DNA of 64,000 nucleotides. Source: Hormiphora californensis (lineage: Eukaryota; Animalia; Ctenophora). Where the stretch lies: NCBI GenBank assembly GCA_020137815.1, contig CM035356.1:1-64000 (forward strand). Direction: 5' to 3'. Position 1 is the stretch's first letter, and the number at the start of each line of letters is the position of its first letter. The position numbers and the translations under genes were made by a program. Shown piece by piece: positions 34,201 to 46,500 of the stretch. Under the pieces are notes generated by a model. The model made no database searches and was not told where the DNA came from. It worked only from the letters and a program-made list of their open reading frames with translations.

Positions 34201-37200
34201 CTATCTTCTTCTCTTCAAGTTTTCGCTTTTTCTTTTGGCGCTTCTCTAGTTGTTTCTTCATCAGCTCATTCTGCTGTTTCATGTACGCTTCATGTTTCCT
34301 CTTAGCTTCCTCGGCCAATCTCTCTCTCTCCGCTTTCCTGAATGAGCAATGAAGGTGTCCCATATATTTTTCTGAGTCGATTGGCGAGCTGTCACGCAAA
34401 AACAGTGATAGTTGTGTTGTGAAAACAAACTACGGGAGTTTGCGTAGATTAATTCCTTCCTAACTGTTCACTTTGTTTTAAAATTAAATTTCAAAAGTTT
34501 TTTAATTAATTAACATTTTTTAGGGGGGGGGGTGGTCCAGCCCTAAAATTTTAAAAAGATTGAACGAAAGGTAGCCGTGATACAGCTGATTGAAAGTCGC
34601 AAGAAGAGCCAAAATCATGCATGTCTATTTTCTCAGCTGTCATGCGACCTGGTGCTTCAATTTGATTTTTCCACGCCTGGGTGAATTGCAAAAAGGCATA
34701 GGGGTTTAGAATTCGACTATTTTACATACTAGTGAGGTGTCACAATTTCCTTGTCCTGTAACGTAACCCACTTAGTTGCGAGGGACAACGGTGTTGCTCC
34801 TTCATCAAATACTTCATTGACACGTTTTCAGGAAATGCAATGTGAACCACGCATTGTGCAGTGGGAGCTGCGCAATGTAGTGCCTTTATACTAAATTACA
34901 AGGATTTGTTCTATATGGTTTGAGTGATACATATATGATCGAAAATGTCTGTACCGCCTTTACACTAGAATTATATTTTTATGAAAATAGAGGTTGGCGG
35001 GGAACATAGCATTATGAAACATATTGCACTTATAATTCTTGTTATGGTGCTCATTGGAAAGATAATTTCGAGCCAAAGTAAAGAAAAGTTTTTTAGTCAA
35101 GATAAACAATATTACAGGATCCATGAATGAATCACAGGAATCTTCACTGATGAAAATTGAACTTTTGAAATTTTAATTTAAAACAAAGCAATCAGTTAGG
35201 AAGGACAATCCCGTAGTTTGTTTTCACACAACTATCACCGTTTTTGCGTGACAGTTCGCCAACCGACCCATCTAGAATATATGAGACACCCTGTACGTGG
35301 CGACTAATCGGTATGATAGAAGTGGAGAATCACATATCATACGTCGTAAGAGCCCATAGTAACGATACATGACCTTCTCCAACTATTCAAGTGAATCATC
35401 GAGTATATCTTAAGCGATCGGGGTTACCGATATACCGGGCACCCCGATTTACCGGACAAAAATAAATCGGGTTCCGACTGTATCACTGCGCTGGCAAGCG
35501 CAGAGGTGGCCCCATCCCCTCCCCCCTAAAACTTTTCCCGAAAAGTGGGCCGGCTTGCCAACAGCGTAGATATAACAATTTTGAAGTTTTAGCCCAATTT
35601 GGCACTTTTCGACCCCTCCTAACTCCGGAAACAGATGAGCTAGGAGGCTGAAATTTGGTACTAAGAAGCTTCACATAGACCTCTACTGACAGTAAAAATT
35701 TCAAGTAGCTAGCTCATTCCGGTCGCAAGTTATGACACCACCCCCAAAACAGAAAATTCAGTGTGGCGATAGGTGGATATAGGTATTATACCAAAACTAA
35801 TTGAAATTAGTAGGCTGGAAAGGTTGCCCTATGATTTGAGCTACCTTTGCCACCGTAACATTCACGGGGTACAGACAGGGTATAGCCGATGCTTTTTCTA
35901 GCTTCAAAAGGGAATGTACTGGTGCCAAAGGTAGCTCAAATCATAGGGCAACCTTTCCAGCCTACTAATTTCAATTAGTTTTGGTATAATTTGCATCATT
36001 TTTGGGATTTTTTTTATCCATTTAGATGTAGTAGAACATTTTTGACGTCATTTTGACGTCATAAAATGACGTCACGTCGTTATGACGTCATAATGATGAC
36101 GTCATATCATCGGGATTACCTAGATGAAGATACTGACCAAGTTTGAGACCAATTGGATGAGATTTGAGTCCGCTATGGCGAAAAAACCCATATCGTCATA
36201 TCTATTTTTAAACAGTCATAACACTTTAGACGCGTTTTAAGACCCTTATACGTCTAGTTTTGAAAATTCGCGATATTGTTTCTGAAAGTTCAGACAATTC
36301 TCTTTTCATGATATAGTCTTCGATTTTCGATTAGAATCCGTCTTCAGGGTGTAAATTGAGCTCAAAGAATTTTGGTCAGAGTCTGACTTTAAGACGTTCT
36401 GTAGGACGTTCCTGTGGATGATGGAAAACCTCACCCTGCTAATAACACAATAATTGAGTAGATCTACAAGCTAGTGAAAACGAGAAGTCTCTATCTCTTT
36501 CCGTTCGTTCAGAACCGTGTTCAAAAAAAGCGTCTCTCCTACGCGTGCGCGTCCGTTACACTGAATCTATAGCAAATGGGACCAGTCTGTAACTTCGGAC
36601 CCAGATGAGATAGAGACTTCAAATTTTTAACATGAGTCAAAGACCCCAAGCCGGGTATTCATTCCAAATTTCAAGTCAAACCGATGAAAGAGAGCCACGC
36701 TATAGCCTTTTGAAATCCGGCTTTTTCAGCCAAACACCCATAAAACGTATAACTGCGTTTCTGGCAGCGCTTTTGGGGGGGGGGAATGGCAACCTTTGCG
36801 CTTGCCAGCGCAGTGATCACTGTGCTGGCAAGCGCAAAGGTGACCATTCCCTCCCCCAGCCACGCGTGCCAGAGTGCAGTAATAACTTTTTTTCATTTTT
36901 TAGCCAAAAATGGCATTTTGCGACGCCCATAGGGAGGCCCCCACTGCACCGATCGGTCTGAAATTTGGTATACGGTGTCACATAGTCTAGATCTACTGTA
37001 GTTTAAAAGGGCAAGTCTCTATCTCTTTTAGTTTTAGAGATATGGTATCGTGAAAAAAGCAATAGATGTCCCGGGTCTATGTATCTATGTATGTATGGAT
37101 AGACGCTATTTTACCAAATTTATAATCGTTTTTGAGAGAAAACGACATAAGATAGACACTTCTCGTTTGTTGCATTCGAAAGATGATCGTTCAAATTGTG

Positions 37201-37835
37201 TCAACGAATAGTTTTCATGTTCTAGGTCCAACCAAAACATCTTAAAAAAATGTCATAAAGTTAAGACATTTTCAAAATCAACCAAATTTCTTTGAGCTCA
37301 ATTTACACCCTGAAGACGGCTTCTAATTGAAAAACGGAGACCACACAAAGATAATCGTCTATACTTTCAGAAACTATATCGCGAATTTGTGAAACTCTAT
37401 TTCTAAGGGTCTCAAATCGCGTCTGAAGTGTTAAGACTGTATGAAAATAGATATGACGATAATGCGTTTTTCGCCATAGCGACCTCAAATCTTGTCCAAT
37501 CGATCTCAAACTTGATCAGCATTTTCATCTAGATGAGCCTGATAATAATACATCCCTATCTTGACGTTATAACGTCGTGACGTCACGCTATGACGTCATA
37601 ATGACATCAAAATTGAAATGTTCGTATTTTAGCGATTCCTGACGGTCTTTACAAGTTCTGCTACGTCCAGACATGTCTGACACTGTATTTCACATCAGAA
37701 AATACCAAAAATATACCCCAATTATGCCAAAAACTAACAGAAATTAGTTGGCTGGAAAGGTGACCATTTTGTTGTCAAACTGACACCTTTGCCCGGCCCG
37801 GGTTACGGATACCATCGATGGGGTTAATCAGGGGG

Positions 37836-37888
<53 letters not shown>

Positions 37889-39350
37889 TAGAAATCGGAG
37901 AGGGAAAGATAATGATGAAACCCGGATAGGGCAAAGGTGTCAGTTTAACAACAAAATGGTCACCTTTCCAGCCAACTAATTTCTGTTAGTTTTTGGCATA
38001 ATAAACGATTATTAAATCTTGTATTACTTTGTAATCAGCTCCAGAATCTTGATCCTGTCGAGCGCTTTACCAGAAATCCCTTTAAAAGCAAAGATATATT
38101 CAAGTTTACAATTTAAACAAGTTAGTTCAATTGTAATAGCTCCTCACAACCGTGAGTAGAGCACTGTTCTAGACAAGGACCGTCAATCACTGCGCTGGCA
38201 AGCGCAAAGGTGACCCCCTCCATCCCCCGAAAAAAATTTCCCCAAAAACGGCCCGCTTGCTCACAGCGTATATATAACGTTAGTTATGTCATACTTTTAG
38301 CCCATTTTGGCACTTTTTCACATGCCATTATAACTCCCGAACCGGAAGAGCTAGGAAGCTGAAATTTTGTACTTAGAAGCTTCTTGTAGACCTCTATCGA
38401 TGGTAAAAATTCCAAGTGGCTAGCTCTTTTTGTTCAAAAGTTATAACACCACCCCCAAAACAGAAAATTCAGTGTGGGGATAACTAGGTTGATACATGGA
38501 TAGAAGCTTTATTACCTTCCGTTTTGTCCCAGTTTGAGACGAACCAGACATCGTACGACCTTAAACCAAGCGGCATTCGAAAGACAATTGTCTCGTGCAT
38601 GTACCCATCTGGGTGGTGACTCTCCATCTTACCTGTAACGCACACAATGACGTCACGAGTGCGCAATGACGTCATGAGTGACGTGTTCCGATTTCTGATT
38701 TGACGAAAAATCGTTACCGGCAAATCGTCTGAACTTTCAGATACTATATTATTCAAGAAAACACGGTGACTTTTGGGGCTGTGGCATTGCCACCACAGTT
38801 GAATTTAATTCGAATGGCTCATAATTTCCCCAATACAATAAGCATCCTCAATAAATAGTTTTACGTTGTAGTTGATGAAAGTTTGAAACTAGCGGATTGT
38901 CGTAGCTTATCATTTTGAGCCCTTAAATGGCGCCGGAAGTCAAAAATTTGACGAAAAATTCAGCAAATTGAACGTTTTTCGAGCAAAAACTCCCTTTCCT
39001 GACCACTGTGGTCAATGAAACTTTACAAGCTCCTTTGGGGTATTGATTCAAAATATATCGTGATGCAATTACGTCGTTACGACGTCACTAATTACGTCAA
39101 ATGACGTCATTATGACGTCTAAAATACGATTTTCACAGAAATTCGTCTCGTTTCTCATATAGCGCATCATTTCGACAATATTACATCATGAGATAATGTC
39201 ATGATTAGAAACCAAAAAGGGGCCTAAATTAAGCCAAAAACTAATTGAAATTAGTTGGCGGGAAAGGTGACCCACTTACACCTTTGCCTGCTGCCGGGAT
39301 AAGGGATATAATAGGTGAATATAATGGAATAAGACAGTGAAAGAGAGTGT

Positions 39351-39393
<43 letters not shown>

Positions 39394-39418
39394 AGAGAGC
39401 GAGAGAATGAGAGAGAGT

Positions 39419-39452
<34 letters not shown>

Positions 39453-41974
39453 GAGAGAGAGGGGGGGGGGGACAGGGACAGGGAGAGAGGGATAGAACGA
39501 ACTGGAATAAGTTACCCTCGAAAAATAAGAGTTTGAGATACCGAGGGATAGAATGAGAGTTCGTGGTGATACCCGGCAGTAGAAAAAAGGTGTAAGTGGA
39601 TTACCTTTCCCGCCAACTAATTTCAATTAGTTTTTGGCTTAATACTCTATTCAAGTTTATAGTTTTCGGTATAACATGATACTGATTAACTAACCTGATT
39701 TTGTGGGTACGATCTGCCATGAATCCAGCCCTGTCATAGTCCACAACAAATGGAGAAAAGGTAGGTTTTTGTCCAGGAAAAAGTCGCATCAACTGCTTTC
39801 CTTTGAGACCCCCCATAGCCGCTTTGAAGCTCGCATAATTCTGGTACTAAATGGAAAAAAGTGTCTTATTTTGTGCAAAAAACCATCCAAAAATCGAAAT
39901 TCTTTTGTACAAAGGTTAATAAAAACTAAGAAGCAGTTTGTTTGTTTGTTTGTTACTTAACCATGCATGGGGTACGCTCAGCAAACCTCCATACCAACCC
40001 GGGTATGTAGTTACTATGGCACTGAGTCCCTTTTCTCTCCCTTAGGAGAGAAAGCGACTCATGGTTTGGGCTTCTAGAACGTTTGAGAGGGTATTGGTCG
40101 GGTAGGTAACGTTGTGCCTTTGAGAGAATCTTGGTCTATAAAGTAGGTAACGTTTTGCCTTAGAGAGGGTCTTGGTCGGGTACACAATAGATGGACAGAC
40201 AATACGGACAGATGCATTTTGCTTTGCTTTATAACTGATAAGATAAACGAAAACGATCAAACACAAAAAAAGGGGTTGGGCAGATTGTAGCACTATTAGA
40301 ATGTAAATTGTTCTAAAAGACAATTTGGGTGAGACAAGATACGAACATTTGTGAGAACCGTAACCTCGTTCTGAGGAGACTTCGTGAAACTTGTTAGCTA
40401 TCCCACCCACTGCGTTCATGACCAATGGAGAGAATGTCCCTCCTTCGACATTCACCCAGGGAAAAAATAATACAGTCGGACCCCGATTTAGTGGCACCCT
40501 GATTTAAGGGCAGGATAATCTTCCCCCGATATAGGAAATTAACAGTATTTTTGACCCCGATTTAGTGGACACCCCGATTTAGTGGACAAAACCCTTTCCC
40601 CCGAGGATGTCACTATTTATCGGGGTCCGACTGTATATACATACATTCTGAATTAATACCTCAACCAAAAGATAGTTTTTACGTAATCCGACCCGAAACC
40701 GGCCTAAATTTGGTCACCCGCTACTCTCAGAACCTAAAATAAATGTTAAAATATGCTTTACCTGAATGTAGGCGTTAAATGTAACAGGAATCCCAAACTG
40801 ATTTCCTAAAGATGTCACATCGTCACTAACTTCTCCATCTTCAACACAATCTTCGTAGTCCACCTGAATACAAATTTCGTTGTAATGTTCTTGTAAACGT
40901 ATCACTGCGCTGGCAAGCGCAAAGGTGACCCCATCCATCCCCCGAGAAAACTTTCCCCCAAAAACGGCCCGCTTGCTCACAGCGTATATATAGTTATTTC
41001 ATACTTTTAGCCCATTTTGGCACTTTTTGACATGCCATAACTCCCGAACCGGAAGAGCTAGGAAGCTGAAATTTTGTACTTAGAAGCTTCTTGTAGACCT
41101 CTATCGATGGTAAAAATTTCAAGTGGCTAGCTCATTTTGTTCAAAAGTTATAACACCACCCCCAAAACAGAAAATTCAGTGTGGGGATAACTAGGTTGAT
41201 ACATAGATAGATAGATGTATAGACGCTTTGTTACCTTCCGTTTGGTCCCAGTTTGAGACGAACCAGACATCGTACGAGCTTAAACCAAGCGGCATTCGAC
41301 AGACAATTGTCTCGTGCATGTACCCATCTGGGTGGCGACTCTCCATCTTACCTATGACGCGCGCAATGATGTCACGAGTGACGTCATTGCGCGAGACCGA
41401 CTAACTTTTTTCAAACGCCTCTAGCACCCTGAAGACGTGTTCCGATTTCTGATTTGACGAAAAATCGTTACCGGCAAATCGTCTGAACTTTCAGATACTT
41501 AGTGGCGAATTTTCGTAGCTTATCATTTTGAACCCTTAAATCGCGTCGGAAGTCAAAAATTGGACGAAAAATTCAGCAAATTGAACGTTTTTCGAGCAAA
41601 AACTCCCTTTCCTGACCACTGTGGTCAATGAAACTTTACAAGCTCCTTTGGGGTATTGATTCAAAATATATCGTGATGCAAATACGTCGTTACGACGTCA
41701 CTAATTACGTCAAATGACGTCATTATGACGTCTAAAATACGATTTTCACAGAAATTCGTCTCGTTTCTCATATATAGCGCATCATTTCGACAATATTACA
41801 TCATGAAATAATGTCATGCTGCGATTAGAAACCAAAAAGGGACCTAAATTAAGCCAAAAACTAATTGAAATTAGTTGGCGGGAAAGGTGACCCACTTACA
41901 CCTTTGCCTGCTGCCGGGATCAGGGATATAAGAGGTGAATATAATGGAATAAGACAGTGAAAGAGAGAGTGATA

Positions 41975-42042
<68 letters not shown>

Positions 42043-43439
42043 GAGAGAGAGCGAGAGAGAGAGAGAGACAGGGACAGGGAGACAGGGAGACAGGGAGGAC
42101 AGAGAGGGATAGAACGAACAGGAATAAGTTACTCTCGAAAAATAAGAGATTGAGATACCGAGGGATAGAATGAGAGTTCGTGGTGATACCCGGCAGAAGC
42201 AAAAGGTGTAAGTGGGTCACCTTTCCCGCCAACTAATTTCAATTAGTTTTTGGCTTAATAGTAGAATATACCAAAACTAATTGAAATTAGTGGGCTGGGA
42301 AGGTTGCCCTACTATTTGAGCTACCTTTCCCACCTTAAAATTCACAGGATACTGGGTACAGAAGCTTCGTCCATCTTCACAGGGGAATGCACCGATGCCA
42401 AAGGTAGCTCAAATAGTCACTGCGCTGGCAAGCGCAAAGGTGACCACCACCTCCCCCCAGCCGCGCGTGCCAGAAAGCAGTAATAAGTTTTTTCAGTTTT
42501 TAGCCAAAAATGGCATTTTGCGACGCCCATAGCGAGGCCCCCACTGCACAAATCGGTCTGAAATTTGGTATACAGTGTCACGTAGACTAGATCTACTGGA
42601 GTTTAAAAGGGCAAGTCTCTATCTCTTTTAGTTTTAGAGTTATGACATGGTGAAAAAAGCAATAAATGTCCGTGTCTATTATATATATATGTACACATCC
42701 ATAGATATATAGACGCTTTTTTACACAATTTGCAGACAATTTTCTGGAAAAACTACATAAGATAGACACTTCTCGTTTGTTGCATTCGAAAGATAATCGT
42801 TTGAATTGTGTTATTGGAGGGTTTTCATGTTCTATGTCTTACCAGAACGTCCTTAAAAACTGTCATAAAGTTAAGATATTTTTCAAATCGACCAAATTTC
42901 TTGGATCTCAATTTACACCCTGAAGACGGCTTCTGATTGAAAAATGGAGACCACACTTATGAAAGATAATCGTCTAAACTTTCAGAAACTTTATCGCGAA
43001 TTTGTGAAACTCTATTTCCAAGGGTCTTAAATCGCGTCACAAGTTTTAAGACTGTATGAAAATAGATATGACGATAGGGCGTTTTTCGCCATAGCGACCT
43101 CAAATCTTGTCCAATCGATCTCAAACTTGGTCAGCATCTTTATCTAGATGAGCCTGATAATAATTTTTCACTAGCAAGACGTTATAACGTCGTGACGTCA
43201 CACTATGACGTCAAAATGACGTCAAAATTTAAATTTTCATATTTTAGCTATTTCTGACGGTCTTTACAAGTTCTGCTACGTCCAGACATGTCTTACATCG
43301 TATTTCACATCAGAAAATACCAAAAATAGACCTAAATTATGCCAAAAACTAACAGAGATTAGTTGGCTGGAAAGGTGACCACTTTTATTGTCAAACTTAC
43401 ACCTTTGCCCGGCCCGGGTTACGGAAATAGAGGGAAAGG

Positions 43440-43517
<78 letters not shown>

Positions 43518-46500
43518 AATCAAAGTGAGAGGGAAATATAATGATGAAAAAACCCGGAGAGGGCAAAGGTGTAAGTTTGACAATAAAAGTGGTCACCTTT
43601 CCAGCCAACTAATCTCTGTTAGTTTTTGGCATAATAGGGCAACCTTTCCGGCCCACTAATTTTATTTAGTTTTGGTATAATATGCATCATTTTTGGGATT
43701 TTTATCCATGTAGATGTAGCAAAACAGGTACAGAGAGGAAATAATCGTGAAATTGCGAAATTTTCATTTTTGACGTCATAACGCGACGTTATAACGTCAT
43801 CACAATGACGTAATATTATTGGGATTACCTAGATAAAGATACTGACCAAGTTTAAGATTGATTAGATCAGATTTGAGTCCGCTATAGCGAAAAACCCCAT
43901 ATTGTCATATCTAATTTTAAGCATCTAGTGGGAGACACTAGCGTGGTAAAATATCAATGAATGAGATCTGTTCAGGATTAAATAGGGAGGAAAATTAGAA
44001 AAATATCTGGCGAGGGCCGGGCTCGAACCGACAACCTCTGGGTTTCGCGTCCATTGCTCTACCTATTGAGTTAACCCATAAAACGTATAACTGCGTTTCT
44101 GGCAGCGCTTTTGGGGGGGGGGGGGGGAGGGGAATGGCAACTTTTGCGCTTGCCAGCGCAGTGATTGATTACTCAGACACAGATTCAAACAGCTCAAGAA
44201 TGTCTTACCTTTCTAATTTGACCAAAGAGGGCTAATGCATCCTTAAGAAATCTTTCGCACGGCTTGGGGTTGTTAGAATCTAATGAAAACCATTTTGTGG
44301 GCAGGTTTTTGATGATAACGGTGTCTGATCTCTCTCCGGGGGAGCATTCTTGCCACTGTTTTTTACCTAGTGGGGAGTATTCTTGCCACAAATATTTACC
44401 TAGTGGGAGGGGGAGCATTCTTGCCACGGTTTATGGTTAAGGTCAGAGGGGGGGGGTCCGAGGGTCAAAAAGTATACTTTTCTGAGGTTTACATATGTGA
44501 TGTAACTCGGAAGTAGGGAAGTTGGGTTGGTAACTGCACCCCAAGTGTATCAGAACCCTCTGTTTTTTGAGGTTAATTTTTACTCTTGTTTGATTGTTAA
44601 CCTCAATAATGCAGGTTATTAGAGCCGAACGTTTTTAACAGTAACAACGGCTGATTCAAGTGATTCAAGCCGAAAGCTTCAGTTCTTAATTAAATATTAG
44701 TACTGCAAAATCGTTGTTTCTCTTTAAAAAGGATTCATATGTTGAACACATCAATTTTCGCCCATTTGAGACATTTTACCCAATAACTCGGCCATTTCTC
44801 AACCACTTTCAAAATTCCGGGATCTTTAGAAAGAGGAGATCGAGCTCTTTCTAAAAATCTATAAAATTTCAATATTTTTCATGAACTAAATTTGCACGTC
44901 ACGTCCCTACCATCGCCGGTTGAACCCCTTTTAGCCCATCTGGGCTGTTGTTAAACTGCACGTGCAAATGTTGCGTCATCACTATCACCAACCATTAACC
45001 TTTTAATACTAGAAATCCTCTTTGTCTCTCCCCCTCTCACTCTTCGTCTCTCCATGTCGGGGTAAAGAATACGGAGGTTGGTAGTGGTAGAGCGCTGGTG
45101 ATAAAGATCAAGAGAAATCCCGCTGAATAACATGTAGATCAGGTGATAAAGATCCGTAGAATTGTAGCTGTGTACGAGGTACGTAGGTACATTTATGTAA
45201 GCTTATAAGCTTTGCAATCATGGCGGTCCCAGCAGTAGATCCCAAAACACCACAGGAACCGGGGGGGGGGGGGGGCTCAACACCTAACTGTACAGAACTG
45301 TATGACACTTATGTCTCTTAGTGGGGGGGTACCCTTTTAGATGATCTACAGTAAAAAATTAGCAAATTTGCATCAATTTTAACATCGTATCAGCCAAAAA
45401 CTATGACTACCCATTATAACTAAAATGCGGCAGTAAACCTTATCTTATAAAACAAATCTGATTCGCTTCTTTCTAGGCGTTTTTAAAATCGTCTTAAATT
45501 TAAGTTTGTATTTGTATAGTACTCCAGGGAAATTGTATTGCCTTGTCGAGTTCTCCTGAGGACCCAGTCTAGGGTGTGCTAAGTGAAAATTTTGTCGACT
45601 TGGCCAATAGTTTAAGGGTAGATATGAAACTATGGACAATTGTCTACTACATCCTGAAATCGGAATTGGGGTAGTGTATGTCAATTACGTGGGCCAGGCG
45701 ATTAAAAAAGTTTACTTTTTTACCGAAAAAAGGAAAATATTTGTGTTTTACACCAGTGTTTGGCATGTTCTCCCGGTGTCCCAGGAGTTTATTTTGGCCG
45801 GGAATGGCCGTTTTCATGTGGCCGATTTGGCCGATTTTTTCGTTTTTGATTTTTGACCAATTAGGTTCAATTATGGCCAATTAGGGTACTTTCTTGACCC
45901 CTGAGCACTTTAATAAGTAGCTCACGTGATTCAGCGTGCAAAAATAGGTGGGTTTAGTGCCTAAGCTTGATTTTTTGATGAAATTTCAATTTTCGGTCTT
46001 TTTGACCGAAATATTCCTGTTATTCCCCCCCTATTCCCCCTTTTTACAGGTAGATTTTGGCCGAAAAGCCGAAATATTCCTCCTCTGAGAGGAAGACTGA
46101 AAAAAGTGGGAAACAATTTGATAATAAACTTAAAATGACATAAACCGACATATTTCGATACGCTGAATCACGTGAGCTACTTATCAAAGTGCTCAGAGGT
46201 CAAGAAAGTGCCCTAATTGGCCATAATTGAACATAATTGGTCAAAAATTGAAATTTCATGAAAAATATCAAACAATCAAAGCTTGACCACAAACCCCACT
46301 AATTTTGGTACGCTGAATCACGTGAGCTACTTTTTAAAATCCTCTTATGCCAATTAAGGGTGCTAATTGGCATAATAGGATGTTAATTGGTGATTCTGAA
46401 GGATGTATTATGGCTATGCCATTACCCACTATCCCCACTAATTTTGGTACGCTGAATCACGTGAGCTACTTTTTCAAGTCCTCAGATGTGAAAAAAGGGC

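Noticed and set aside
37305-37345. CTGAAGA...GAAA in Helentron-like bodies (also ~11650, 41429, 59246) as hammerhead cores
   Set aside because: No consistent stem I, II or III pairing and no cleavage triplet.
44008-44074. Functional tRNA gene
   Set aside because: No acceptor stem and a poor anticodon arm; it is embedded in a repeat, so it is called a SINE head.
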